A stretch of 64,000 nt of DNA from Candidatus Woesearchaeota archaeon (GCA_016784125.1 JADHVI010000001.1:78417-142416), one strand, 5' to 3'. Positions 17,258 to 26,606 are shown, counted from the first letter of the stretch. The notes: generated by a model not told the origin, from the letters alone. Translations and numbers: made by a program.

Positions 17258-18397
17258 ATGAAATCAACAGACAAACTCGACAAAGTTATGTTCTCTTATA
17301 CTATGAATTCTAACGGATTAGAAGATGAAAATAGGGTTTTACGAGAAACCGTGACTCAGCTTAAGACAGAGTTAGATAAATTCAAAACTCCTGCTCTTTT
17401 GATTGGCGACGTTATCGACGTTTTGGAAAAGAATGCCATTATTAAATTACCAAATGGGAATCAATTTGTCGTTGAAGTGTCGGGATCTGTTAAGAAGCTT
17501 AAACCTGGTGAGTCAGTTGTTTTAGAACAAAAAAATCTTACAATAGTAGATAAAATTCACACATCTAAGAAATTCAATGTTGAACAGTTTGTGATTCTAG
17601 AAAAACCAACACTTTCCTGGGAAGATATTGGTGGTTTGAAAGAACAAGCAGAGGCCATAAGAGAAGTCATAGAACTTCCTCTAAGAAAACCAGAATTATT
17701 CAAAAAAGTGGGTATAACCCCTCCAAAAGGCATATTGCTTTATGGTCCTCCAGGAACAGGTAAGACTCTCTTGGCAAAAGCCGTTGCTGCATCAACAAAT
17801 TCAACATTTATAGAAATTGTTGGTTCTGAACTCGTTCAGAAATTTATAGGCGAGGGCGCAAAGCTAGTAAAGGAAGTGTTTCAATTAGCTCGAGAAAAAG
17901 CACCTTCAATAGTATTCATTGATGAGATTGATGCTTTAGCTTCTAGAAGAATTGATGTTGGTACTTCTGGTGAAAGAGAAGTTCAAAGAACTTTCATGCA
18001 ATTCCTGTCAGAATTAGATGGATTTAAACCATTAGGTAATGTGAAGATCATAGGATGTACTAATAGAGATGATATATTGGATCCTGCAGTTGTAAGGCCT
18101 GGAAGATTGGATAGATTAATAGAAGTTCCTCATCCTAATGAAGATGGTATCAAAGAAATATTTAAGATTCACACTAGAAATATGACTCTTGACAAGAAGA
18201 TCAATTTTGAAAAAGTCATAAAGAAAATGAAAGATTTTTCAGGTGCAGAAATAAAGGCTGTTTGCACAGAGTCAGGGTACTGTGCGATAAGGAGAAACAA
18301 GACCAAAATCATGGAACAAGACTTATTGGACTCCATTATTAAAGTTAAGAATGAAGAAGACAGGATAGGATCAGATTATTTACATATGTATAGCTAA
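17258..18397 (+). CDS. pan: Proteasome-activating nucleotidase (AAA+ ATPase)
   Basis: N-terminal coiled coil, an OB region, Walker A GPPGTGKT, Walker B FIDEID, and a C-terminal HbYX-like MYS. Confidence 0.92.
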   Translation: MKSTDKLDKVMFSYTMNSNGLEDENRVLRETVTQLKTELDKFKTPALLIGDVIDVLEKNAIIKLPNGNQFVVEVSGSVKKLKPGESVVLEQKNLTIVDKIHTSKKFNVEQFVILEKPTLSWEDIGGLKEQAEAIREVIELPLRKPELFKKVGITPPKGILLYGPPGTGKTLLAKAVAASTNSTFIEIVGSELVQKFIGEGAKLVKEVFQLAREKAPSIVFIDEIDALASRRIDVGTSGEREVQRTFMQFLSELDGFKPLGNVKIIGCTNRDDILDPAVVRPGRLDRLIEVPHPNEDGIKEIFKIHTRNMTLDKKINFEKVIKKMKDFSGAEIKAVCTESGYCAIRRNKTKIMEQDLLDSIIKVKNEEDRIGSDYLHMYS

Positions 18398-18431
18398 AAG
18401 TTTTTAAACAGTTTCTTATTATATTAATATA

Positions 18432-18501
18432 CGTGCAATGACCGAGTGAACACCCGCTGAGGCTAACGCCTGTGAAGAACGGAAGTAACTAGGGAGCGCG
18501 C
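18432..18501. other. Unassigned GC-rich island (possible structured leader or small RNA)
   Basis: About 70 nt at roughly 55-60 percent GC by hand count, in a genome otherwise at about 30 percent. It lies between pan and the cupin gene. It contains the hairpin AGGC-TAAC-GCCT and two GTGAA elements (GTGAACACC, GTGAAGAAC). It shows no tRNA or clean C/D or H/ACA signature. Confidence 0.2.
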
Positions 18502-18516
18502 TTTATATTGACTAAA

Positions 18517-18849
18517 ATGAAATTTAAACTAGAAGATGCACATAAGTTTGGCTGGAAAGGGCTTGATGGATGGGCTTATAATTCTAAAGATGATTTTGCA
18601 AGTGCAAGTGCAGCTTATTTTGAAGTAGATGGTTCTCATGGTAAATGCAAAACCCATAGCTCAGATAGAGTTTATTTGGTGTTAGAAGGTGAAGGAGAGT
18701 TTATTATTAACGACAAAGTCATAGAAGTAGAACAATCAGATGTGATAATAGTTCCTAAGAATACTCCTTATGATTATAGTGGTAAGATGAAACTATTTTT
18801 AGTTCACACACCTGCATACATGCCTGAAGATGATGTTAAGTTAGAATAA
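18517..18849 (+). CDS. Cupin-domain protein
   Basis: About 110 aa. RVYLVLEGEGEFIINDKVIEVEQSDVIIVPKNTPY is a classic cupin beta-barrel segment. I prefer the ATG at 18517 over the TTG at 18508. Confidence 0.7.
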   Translation: MKFKLEDAHKFGWKGLDGWAYNSKDDFASASAAYFEVDGSHGKCKTHSSDRVYLVLEGEGEFIINDKVIEVEQSDVIIVPKNTPYDYSGKMKLFLVHTPAYMPEDDVKLE

Positions 18850-18869
18850 AAAAATAAAATAAATTATTT

Positions 18870-19115
18870 CTAAGGTGTGAATGTGTCAAATATGCTTCTG
18901 TGAGAAGTTTGCTTATTCTTTTGAATATATCTTTGCAAGTCCTTTAGTCCTAGATAAGTTCCATCTTCAAGCTCCACAGTTATTCCTTTTTTATCGAAAT
19001 AAACTCTCTTTGTAGCTTGCATCTCTAGCTTAATTCCTACGGAGTCATAATCCAGTCCTACTGCTCTAAGATCCTTCCTGTTCACAGTATGTTTTAGCAT
19101 GTTGTCGATGCTCAT
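18870..19115 (-). CDS. Small hypothetical protein, second gene of a two-gene module
   Basis: A strong GGAGGTGAT Shine-Dalgarno sits 4 nt before the ATG at 19115 (MSIDNMLKHTVNRKDL...). Overlaps the upstream wHTH gene by 50 nt in another frame. Confidence 0.45.
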   Translation of the reverse strand: MSIDNMLKHTVNRKDLRAVGLDYDSVGIKLEMQATKRVYFDKKGITVELEDGTYLGLKDLQRYIQKNKQTSHRSIFDTFTP

Positions 19116-19320
19116 ATTTATCACCTCCACTCTTGTTTACTGAGTACGTTCGTCTTCGAATATCGTAGAGATCAAAGTTTTCAGAAATCAAATTAAGAGA
19201 AACAAGTTTTTTTATGCTATTTCTAACAGTTCTTTCAGAAAGATTTGTTAATTTAATAAGTTTTTTTTGATGAATATAGTTATGATTAAGAATGGTTTGA
19301 AAGACAAGGAAAACAACCAC
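19066..19320 (-). CDS. Small winged-helix DNA-binding protein
   Basis: LIKLTNLSERTVRNSIKKLVSLNLISENFDLYDIRRRTYSV is an HTH plus wing. The only available start is a GTG, so the 5' end is uncertain. Confidence 0.45.
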   Translation of the reverse strand: MVVFLVFQTILNHNYIHQKKLIKLTNLSERTVRNSIKKLVSLNLISENFDLYDIRRRTYSVNKSGGDKYEHRQHAKTYCEQEGS

Positions 19321-19445
19321 CTTTTAGAGAATTATCTAGTTTAAACTGGTTAACAAGGAATACATTCAGAAACACCCTGGTTTCTGTTTTCAAACTTGTT
19401 TGTTGTTTTCATAGTGATTAGAATAATTATTTTATTTAAATAATT

Positions 19446-20459
19446 TTAGATACCGGCAATGATCTCAAAGTCTAAACAAACTCTAAACTTACCAGGGCCG
19501 TATTGTCCACATTTGACAAATTTTAGAATTTTGTATTTCACATCTGCCTTTTTACATGCAGCTCTAACTTTCTCTTTTGTTTCGTCGAACTCATTTTCAT
19601 GTTCAAAGTCATAGAAATGTATGATTGTGCCTTTTTTTGCTAGCATGAATGCTTCTGGCAGAAAATCCTCTGCGCTCTTAGGCAATGGCATTGCTATTCT
19701 ATCAAATTTTTCTTTTATTTTCTTAGCTTCTTTTTTCACATCGCCCTCTATAAGTTTAATGTTATTTAATTTATTCAACTTGACATTTTCAACAGCATAT
19801 TTGTTTGCTTCTGGATTTAATTCAATTCCCCAAATTTCTTTAGCTTTGGAGTTTTTAGCAAAGATACATACATATGGAGCACATCCTGAAAACATCACCA
19901 TCACTTTTTCTCCAGGCTTTATTTGTTTAATAATCCTTTTTCTCTCAGTAGCCAATCTTGCGGAGAAGAATACTTTTTCAACATTCAGTTTAATGTTGAC
20001 GTTGCTCTCTCTATGAATGGTTTCTTTTGTTTTCTCACCAGCCAACCATTCCAATTTTTGAGTTCTAAATACTCCTCCATGTTCGCCAGCTTTCTTCAAA
20101 ACTGTTTTGATGGTCTTGTTTTTTTCTAACAAAGCTTTGGCTATAGTCTTTTCTTTTTTTTCTAGCTCATCAGGAATTTCAAGTATTGCTATGCTTCCTA
20201 CAACGTCGTGAGCAGTTTTCAATAATTTTAGTTCTTTTTTATCTAGCTTTTTGTTAAGAAAATCTTTCCAGTTCTCTTTAATCTCTTTTTTTGGAAACTT
20301 GTATTCAAGGGGTTTATATTTTTTAACTTCTTTATTTATAGGGTAGATTAAATGCTCTTTTTCTTTTATAATTTCATGATTAAAATCTAATGCGCCTTTA
20401 TTTAGCAAGAACTCTTTGGCTTTCTCAGCTTCTCTTAGAGGTACTTTTACTCCTTTCAT
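19446..20459 (-). CDS. trm5: tRNA (guanine37-N1)-methyltransferase Trm5/Taw22 family (Met-10+ like)
   Basis: FSARLATERKRI, VMVMFSGCAPY, GIELNPEANKYAVENVKLNKL. Typical Trm5b length and layout. Confidence 0.85.
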   Translation of the reverse strand: MKGVKVPLREAEKAKEFLLNKGALDFNHEIIKEKEHLIYPINKEVKKYKPLEYKFPKKEIKENWKDFLNKKLDKKELKLLKTAHDVVGSIAILEIPDELEKKEKTIAKALLEKNKTIKTVLKKAGEHGGVFRTQKLEWLAGEKTKETIHRESNVNIKLNVEKVFFSARLATERKRIIKQIKPGEKVMVMFSGCAPYVCIFAKNSKAKEIWGIELNPEANKYAVENVKLNKLNNIKLIEGDVKKEAKKIKEKFDRIAMPLPKSAEDFLPEAFMLAKKGTIIHFYDFEHENEFDETKEKVRAACKKADVKYKILKFVKCGQYGPGKFRVCLDFEIIAGI

Positions 20460-20492
20460 AAGAATAAAGATGTAGAGCTATTTTTTAAAGTT

Positions 20493-21371
20493 TTATAATA
20501 ATATGAATACCGCACCCCATATCATGATGATGCAGGCAAGAACTTTTATCAATAAATTTTTCTCATGAAAAAGACTGCCTCCAAAGATGGTGGTAAATAG
20601 TGTGGACATCCTTTTAATTGGTATAACTAACGATATTGATGCACCTGGAGCGGCCACCGCCAGCAGATAGAAAACGTGTCCAAAAAAGAGTAAAATAGAA
20701 TCTGGTAGAAGTAGTTTAAAGTCTTTTTTTAAATCGTTTTTTATCTCTGAGAATCCATGTTTATAACTTTCAATTATAATAAAATTAATAGATTTAAAAA
20801 TTGTGAATACAAATAAATAGGTTATAATACTTGCGTACTTATCAAGAATCATTTTATCAAGTACAGCAGTCATACTGAAAATCACTAATGCAATCAATAA
20901 GTGATGAACAATTTTAGATTTCACAAATCCTTTTATTGGTTCTATAAAACCTTTATTTGTAATACCTACTTCGAGGGAATATGCACCCACCACTAATAGA
21001 AATATGCCTATATATTGTTTTGAAGTTGGAATCTCATTAAGTACAAAAAAAGCAATTATGACCAAGAATAAAGGACTTATATTTGTTAATGGTGCAACAA
21101 CCGAGACTTCTCCGTGTCTAACGCTTTTCATGAAAAATAATAATCCCACACAAGCAATCAAAGAGATTAAATAAATTAGCAAGTATATTTTCCAAGATAT
21201 ACCAAAATTTACAAAAGGAATTAGGAACAAAGAGAACACACCTAGAAAAATACCTCTTGATGCGGTGAACTCAAGCGCATGCTCATGATTAAGTATTTTT
21301 TTATTAAAAATTCCAACTATTCCAACGAATATCGCAGATAATAGTGCATAAACATACCAATCCAATTCCAT
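20493..21371 (-). CDS. EamA/DMT-superfamily transporter
   Basis: 292 aa with ten predicted TM helices arranged as two EamA-like halves. Confidence 0.7.
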   Translation of the reverse strand: MELDWYVYALLSAIFVGIVGIFNKKILNHEHALEFTASRGIFLGVFSLFLIPFVNFGISWKIYLLIYLISLIACVGLLFFMKSVRHGEVSVVAPLTNISPLFLVIIAFFVLNEIPTSKQYIGIFLLVVGAYSLEVGITNKGFIEPIKGFVKSKIVHHLLIALVIFSMTAVLDKMILDKYASIITYLFVFTIFKSINFIIIESYKHGFSEIKNDLKKDFKLLLPDSILLFFGHVFYLLAVAAPGASISLVIPIKRMSTLFTTIFGGSLFHEKNLLIKVLACIIMIWGAVFILL

Positions 21372-21379
21372 TCACCTCT

Positions 21380-22414
21380 TTAAAAAAAATCGCTTAATCC
21401 TTTCTGATCCTTTGCAGGTTTTCCTTTCATTAATTTTTCAATTGTTTTCTCAACTCTTTCCCTATTAAAGTCGTGTTCTTCAACCAACACTCTTATAATT
21501 TCATCTCTGTTGATAGGATCCCACTTTAATTCATAGTCATTATGTACGGGCATGTTTTTTATTAAATCAAAAACTAGTTTCCATTCAAAGTCAAAATTAT
21601 CGTTCCATCCAACTTCTTCAAATATTTTATCAAAATTATCACCATAAGTCTTTACTAGGTTTAATGCTTTCTTAGGCCCTATACCTTTAACACCGCCAAT
21701 ATTATAATCCGTTCCTGCTAGCATGGCAATTACAATTAGTTGTTCTCTGGTCACACCCAGGTGATTCAGATTATCAGCCAAAGATATTATTTCTGGATTA
21801 ACTGTTTTGTATGTTAGTTTGTTGATTGCTTTTCTTTTTCTACTAAGTGTTAAGTTCTTCACAACTCTGCAAGCACCAAATATTAATGAATCACTATCTT
21901 GACTGACTATGGCATAACAGTCACCTTCATCTACCATGTATGATGCTTGGGCTTCACCTTCGCTTGGTGCCTGTACAATTGGCATTCCCAAAGCCCTAAT
22001 CAACTCTTTAGATTCCTCAATGATTTCAGACGTTAGTACCGATGTTCTTGAAGCGTATTTCTTCATATCTTTGACATCTTCTCGGTCTTTTGCGTCTTCA
22101 TATAATTTGTTTGCTTCAAGTTTTATTCCTCTTCTCCTTTCTCTTTCAGCTTTTTTTAATTCAGGCGTCTCTCCATCAAAGACAAACACAAAGCTTACAC
22201 CTTCAATCATTAGCTTAGTTATTCTACTGAACAAACCCGTTAAATGACTTGTTACTCGCCCTTTTGAATCCATCAATGGAGTCCCATCTGGTTGTCTAAT
22301 GCTTGAAAGGAATTGATATAGCATGTTGAAAGAATCAACAGCCAAAATTTTCCCATCTAAATCGCTAATGGTTATTTCTTTTGTTATTAGAATATCAGTT
22401 ATTGGCGTGCCCAT
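21380..22414 (-). CDS. fen: Flap endonuclease 1
   Basis: XPG-N and XPG-I motifs (AVDSFNMLYQFL, FVFDG, APSEGEAQASYM, SQDSDSLIFG, GTDYN) plus a C-terminal PIP-like GLSDFF. Confidence 0.95.
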   Translation of the reverse strand: MGTPITDILITKEITISDLDGKILAVDSFNMLYQFLSSIRQPDGTPLMDSKGRVTSHLTGLFSRITKLMIEGVSFVFVFDGETPELKKAERERRRGIKLEANKLYEDAKDREDVKDMKKYASRTSVLTSEIIEESKELIRALGMPIVQAPSEGEAQASYMVDEGDCYAIVSQDSDSLIFGACRVVKNLTLSRKRKAINKLTYKTVNPEIISLADNLNHLGVTREQLIVIAMLAGTDYNIGGVKGIGPKKALNLVKTYGDNFDKIFEEVGWNDNFDFEWKLVFDLIKNMPVHNDYELKWDPINRDEIIRVLVEEHDFNRERVEKTIEKLMKGKPAKDQKGLSDFF

Positions 22415-22415
22415 T

Positions 22416-23300
22416 TTATATCTTTTTTAGAATCATTCCTTTATATTCTCTTCCGAGCATGTCTTCTGCTTTCTTGGTGACATCTCCACTAGTTATGAAA
22501 ATAACTGGCAGTTTCAACAGCTGTCCTTTTAGAAATGCCGAACTCAAATCTCCATCATTACATTTTTTCTTGCTCTTGGCTTTACAAAAATAATCCATTT
22601 TTCCAACTGCACTAGGAATAACTATTTGAAGTTCTAAGTCAGAATCTTTTCTGATAACTTCTTCCTTAGTAATTTCGATTTTCTTTTCCTCAAAAAAATC
22701 ATATAATGCTTTTGTGAAATCTCCTTTTGGAACTTCCTTTCTTGAAATCTCTTTTTTTAATATTTCTTGTTTCTCTTCACGCATTTCTTCTCTTACATTC
22801 TCTTTAGGTGGTTCGGGTTTTCTCTCTTCTCTTTGTGGCTCGTTTGTCACACTTTTGAATTGTTTTTGAATAAGTCCCTCAACTTCGTTGGCAGGAGTTA
22901 AATACCATTTCCAGAATATCTCCTTTTCACCCTTTACATTTACTTCTACTGGTTTGGCAAAGTCCTTGATGTTTCGAATACTAACTCTAATAAGCATTTC
23001 CTGAGTTTTATCTCTTAAGACTTTTCTTTCTTTCAATAATTCAAATGTTCGTCCATCTTTTTCATTCAAATATTTCTTTAGATTTTCAAGTTTGTATTCT
23101 TGACCAGGAGCATAATATGTTGGTGATCCACCAATTTTAGTATTGGAAACTTTTACAAGTCCACTAGAAGTTAATTCAGAAAGAAGAGCACTTATCAAAT
23201 AAGTTTCGCCTCCAAGAATCTTCTTAATCTGATTGGGAATTATGGGTCCTTTCTCTTTTACAAGTCTTAGAATCTCGTCTTTATCAGCCATTGATTTCAC
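22416..23300 (-). CDS. Winged-helix protein with charged linker and C-terminal restriction-endonuclease-like (Mrr-cat-like) region (hypothetical)
   Basis: N-terminal wHTH: ILRLVKEKGPIIPNQIKKILGGETYLISALLSELTSSGLVKVSNTKIGGSPTYY. Then an E/K/R-rich linker, and a C-terminal DLELQIVIPSAVGKMDYFCKAKSKK. Confidence 0.4.
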   Translation of the reverse strand: MKSMADKDEILRLVKEKGPIIPNQIKKILGGETYLISALLSELTSSGLVKVSNTKIGGSPTYYAPGQEYKLENLKKYLNEKDGRTFELLKERKVLRDKTQEMLIRVSIRNIKDFAKPVEVNVKGEKEIFWKWYLTPANEVEGLIQKQFKSVTNEPQREERKPEPPKENVREEMREEKQEILKKEISRKEVPKGDFTKALYDFFEEKKIEITKEEVIRKDSDLELQIVIPSAVGKMDYFCKAKSKKKCNDGDLSSAFLKGQLLKLPVIFITSGDVTKKAEDMLGREYKGMILKKI

Positions 23301-23329
23301 TAAGAAGAAGTAGTTTTAATAAGTTTCGC

Positions 23330-23950
23330 TTAGGGTCGTAACCATTTAATTTCCCAATAGGTTACATCTCCCTCATCATCAACTACACCCATTAGTAATC
23401 TTTTCTTTGTTGAATGTGCAACTCTGTTCTTGGCCGCAAATTCATACCAAGTTAGTGTACTTCCTTCATGCACGGGATAAACAATCCATCTAGCATGATC
23501 CTCACCTGGTTTTATTCCTCTATCATAAACCCTGAAATCAGCTCCAAATTTTAATGCTGTTTTAACAACATATCCTCTTGATCGCATATCTTTGTAAACC
23601 GAGTATCTAATCCAGAAATTTGGTTCAATTTTAGATGCTCTTTTTATGAATCTTTCAAATGTGAGTGCTTTATTTCTTGTATCAAGGGTTGCTATTTTAT
23701 CTTTTTCCATCAAGAATAATGCTTCTTGTAATGATAATTGTAATTTTTTATCTTCTAAAAGAGTTCCAAAGACTCCCTTGTTATAAAGTTCGTTTGTTTC
23801 ATCACAACTTTCTAGAATAACTCTTTCATGAGCAAACAAAGCTTTGAGGGGATCTTTCAACTTTTTAGTTAATGGTTCTTTTTTCTCTTTAGTTGCTTTT
23901 TTCTTCACAGGCTTCTTCTTAGTTTCCTTCTTCGCAGGCATTTTCTTCAT
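23330..23950 (-). CDS. endA: tRNA-splicing endonuclease
   Basis: VYKDMRSRGYVVKTALKFGADFRVYDRG...HARWIVYPV is the catalytic C-terminal domain. It has a Lys-rich N-terminal extension. Confidence 0.9.
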   Translation of the reverse strand: MKKMPAKKETKKKPVKKKATKEKKEPLTKKLKDPLKALFAHERVILESCDETNELYNKGVFGTLLEDKKLQLSLQEALFLMEKDKIATLDTRNKALTFERFIKRASKIEPNFWIRYSVYKDMRSRGYVVKTALKFGADFRVYDRGIKPGEDHARWIVYPVHEGSTLTWYEFAAKNRVAHSTKKRLLMGVVDDEGDVTYWEIKWLRP

Positions 23951-24013
23951 AAACTATAGTCGATTTATATATTTTTGCAAAACCGTTATAAATATTAGAT
24001 TTTTAGTAAGAAT

Positions 24014-24916
24014 ATGCAATTGACTTTTTTAGGAACTTCCTGTATGGTTCCAACAAAGGAGAGAAATGTCCAAGGAATTTATTTATCTTACAAAGCTGAA
24101 GGTATATTGATTGATTGTGGAGAGGGAACTCAAAGGCAAATGAACCTTGCAGGCATTAACAGAAACAAGGTTAATATTATTCTTGTAACTCATTGGCACG
24201 GAGATCATGTTGGGGGTATAATTGGTTTACTGCAAACTATTTCAAACAAGGAAACACCTCCAAAGATAGAGATTTATGGTCCTCTGGGAACAAAGAAACG
24301 AGTTCAGAATTTACTTGACTCAGTGGTATTTGATGGTAACAACTTAGATTTGAAGGTGTTTGAACTTAATCCAAAGAAAGTTGAAGTCTTTAAGGATAAG
24401 AGTGATTATTATATTCAATGTGCGCCCATGGATCACACAACTCCTTGTATAGCCTATTCTTTTGTAGAAAAGGATATTAGGAAAATTAACATGATCAAAG
24501 CCAAAAAATTAGGTTTGAAAGAAGGGCCTGATTTAGGAAAACTTCAAAATGGCAAACAAATAATCGTTAACGGGAAAAAAGTTGTTATTGATGAAATATC
24601 TTCTGTCAAGAAAGGTAGAAAACTAACGTTTATTTTTGATACTTTACCAAATCAAATCTGCTTTGATCTCGCAAATAAATCTGATCTCTTGGTAACAGAA
24701 GCAGTTTATTTATCTGATATGAAAGACCACTCTGAGAAATATAAACACATGACTACTCAGGATGCTGGTTTGATCGCGAATAAAGCAGATGTAGCTAAGC
24801 TAATCATAACACACTTTTCACAACGGTACAAAACAGTTGAAGTTTTAGAAGACGAAATTAAAACTTATTTTGCAAATTCTTCTTGTGCATATGACTTCAT
24901 GAAACTTAAAATTTGA
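24014..24916 (+). CDS. rnz: Ribonuclease Z (tRNA 3' processing)
   Basis: MQLTFLGTS, GILIDCGEGTQRQ, and the metallo-beta-lactamase motif THWHGDH. Confidence 0.92.
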   Translation: MQLTFLGTSCMVPTKERNVQGIYLSYKAEGILIDCGEGTQRQMNLAGINRNKVNIILVTHWHGDHVGGIIGLLQTISNKETPPKIEIYGPLGTKKRVQNLLDSVVFDGNNLDLKVFELNPKKVEVFKDKSDYYIQCAPMDHTTPCIAYSFVEKDIRKINMIKAKKLGLKEGPDLGKLQNGKQIIVNGKKVVIDEISSVKKGRKLTFIFDTLPNQICFDLANKSDLLVTEAVYLSDMKDHSEKYKHMTTQDAGLIANKADVAKLIITHFSQRYKTVEVLEDEIKTYFANSSCAYDFMKLKI

Positions 24917-25135
24917 TTATCTCGTTGCCAACTTTATGTCTTCTGCCTTAATTGTTTTTCTTCCTGCATGCATGGAAAGTTTGATTGCAGATTCACTGAT
25001 TTCTTGTCCAAACTCTTCTAAGACATCTCTCAAAGCCTCTTTAGCATCTTCCGACACCCTTTCAGCCCCGGATCTCTTCATAAGCCTTTCCATGGCCGCT
25101 AAAGGAATTATTTTCTTAATAGTCATTAAATTCAC
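24917..25135 (-). CDS. Archaeal histone (HMf family)
   Basis: 72 aa. PLAAMERLMKRSGAERVSEDAKEALRDVLEEFGQEISESAIKLSMHAGRKTIKAEDIKLA is a single histone fold. Confidence 0.92.
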   Translation of the reverse strand: MNLMTIKKIIPLAAMERLMKRSGAERVSEDAKEALRDVLEEFGQEISESAIKLSMHAGRKTIKAEDIKLATR

Positions 25136-25213
25136 CTTCTTTTAAGCAGAAAAGCTATTTTATATGTTTATTGGTTTGAAAAACTATTTATAATACCATT
25201 TCAATCTTTTACC

Positions 25214-25609
25214 ATGGTAATTTCTCATGCGAGGCGAAAAAGTAAAGGTAGTGCTGCAGAAAGAGCTTTGATGCATATGTTCTGGGCCAATGGCTGGGCT
25301 TGTATAAGGGCTGCAGGTTCTGGCTCAACACAGTTTCCTTGCCCAGATTTGCTTGTTGGCAACAGTTCTAGAAGGTTGGCATTAGAAGTTAAAGCAACCA
25401 AAGACAAAAAAAAATATTTTACTAAAGAAGAAATTCACAACTTGAAATATTTTGCAGACAAGTTTGGTGCCGAAGCAATGGTTGTTATTAAATTTGACAG
25501 AAAGGATTTCTTCTTTCTTAATATTGATGATTTAGCTGTAACTCATGCTTCTTTTGTTGGTAGTCTAGAATTAGCTGAGACAAAAGGATTATTGTTAAGT
25601 CAATTATAA
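25214..25609 (+). CDS. hjc: Holliday junction resolvase Hjc
   Basis: KGSAAERALMHMFWANGWACIRAAGSG...PDLLVGNSSRRLALEVKAT carries the Hjc catalytic D/E-x-K core. Confidence 0.9.
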   Translation: MVISHARRKSKGSAAERALMHMFWANGWACIRAAGSGSTQFPCPDLLVGNSSRRLALEVKATKDKKKYFTKEEIHNLKYFADKFGAEAMVVIKFDRKDFFFLNIDDLAVTHASFVGSLELAETKGLLLSQL

Positions 25610-26245
25610 TTGTTTTAGCATCTTAATATCTGGTTTAAATGTATATGCAATATTCTCATCAAAGTATCCACACATGAACTTGTTGAGTGGAATGCCTGTT
25701 CTTTTGCTCATCATTAAAGCGTAGAAGAATACTTGTGTTGAGGCATACTTTTCACACTTTGCTTTTGGTTTATAGTCCCAAATCCAAACTTTTTTGTCAT
25801 TCTCAACTCGAAGTAAGTCTATGTGACCTGATAATGGCTCTGTTGTTCCACCAAATAGTTTATTAAAATCTTTTATTTCATTACTATGCATCCAGATGGG
25901 TGTTTCCACACTTATAGAATTATTATCAAATTGTAACATGAACATTTGGACTTTTGAATGTCCAGTTTTGTACTGTTCCATATTTTGTAATCCTTGTAAT
26001 GCTAATCTGCTAACTTCGTGATTTAAATCTTCTTTGAGTTTCACAGACAGAGAAAATCTTAACGCGCTAGATCTTGGTCCTGTTACAAAATGTTCATCAG
26101 GACATTTATTCATTGTTTCTTCAAGAAAACTTTTCAATTTAGAATATCCATTATTGCAGAGAATATTTGTTTTATCAGAATGGATTCTGTAATGATAGTA
26201 CCATCCATGGGCTAGAGACACATGTTTTATCATGAATATAAACAA
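25604..26245 (-). CDS. PD-(D/E)XK nuclease-superfamily protein (Cas4/RecB-like core, no Fe-S cysteines)
   Basis: GHIDLLRVENDKKVWIWDYKPKAK (D...D-Y-K) followed by STQVFFYALMM (QxxxY-like). The start is uncertain (MIKHVSL is possible). Confidence 0.5.
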   Translation of the reverse strand: MFIFMIKHVSLAHGWYYHYRIHSDKTNILCNNGYSKLKSFLEETMNKCPDEHFVTGPRSSALRFSLSVKLKEDLNHEVSRLALQGLQNMEQYKTGHSKVQMFMLQFDNNSISVETPIWMHSNEIKDFNKLFGGTTEPLSGHIDLLRVENDKKVWIWDYKPKAKCEKYASTQVFFYALMMSKRTGIPLNKFMCGYFDENIAYTFKPDIKMLKQL

Positions 26246-26248
26246 AAA

Positions 26249-26476
26249 TTATTTCTTTCGCGATTTAAGTTGTTTTTGGATGTTTCTTTCCACAGCTTCA
26301 ATCTTGTACTCTTCCTTAACGATTTGGCCAGCCATCTTTTCGATGTTGATATCCATTCTGGCGATTCTTCTTTCCATTAGAACAAGCACTCTTAAACTGT
26401 AGACTATCGCGGCTAAAGTACCAATGATTATGGCCAGTATAACGCTTTCAAGTCCTGCATTCATATTATTTCTCAC
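26249..26476 (-). CDS. Small single-pass membrane protein with coiled-coil tail (hypothetical)
   Basis: 75 aa. TM helix LESVILAIIIGTLAAIVYSLRVLVL followed by a charged helical tail. Confidence 0.4.
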   Translation of the reverse strand: MRNNMNAGLESVILAIIIGTLAAIVYSLRVLVLMERRIARMDINIEKMAGQIVKEEYKIEAVERNIQKQLKSRKK

Positions 26477-26606
26477 CTCTCAGCTTATATTCTTAAAATA
26501 CTGTTATGAGTATATATATTTTTCTATATCTTTTTACTTTCACTAAACGAAAGTTATATAAATCAGTTTGTTTTAAAACTTCTATAACTTTTGGAAGGTG
26601 GTACTA

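Noticed and set aside
18432-18501. C/D-box sRNA, H/ACA sRNA or tRNA interpretation of the GC-rich island
   Set aside because: The spacing of AUGACCG - 12 nt - CUGA - 10 nt - GUGAAGA - 12 nt is tempting. But the putative C box is poor (AUGACCG versus RUGAUGA), and no terminal CUGA D box follows the second guide. There is no ACA box, no T-loop (GTTCRA) and no cloverleaf on either strand. I kept it only as an unassigned island.
18870-19320. Single frameshifted gene (pseudogene) spanning the two small ORFs
   Set aside because: The downstream frame opens right after an in-frame TAA and has a perfect GGAGGTGAT Shine-Dalgarno 4 nt before its ATG. Two overlapping genes are more likely than a disrupted one.
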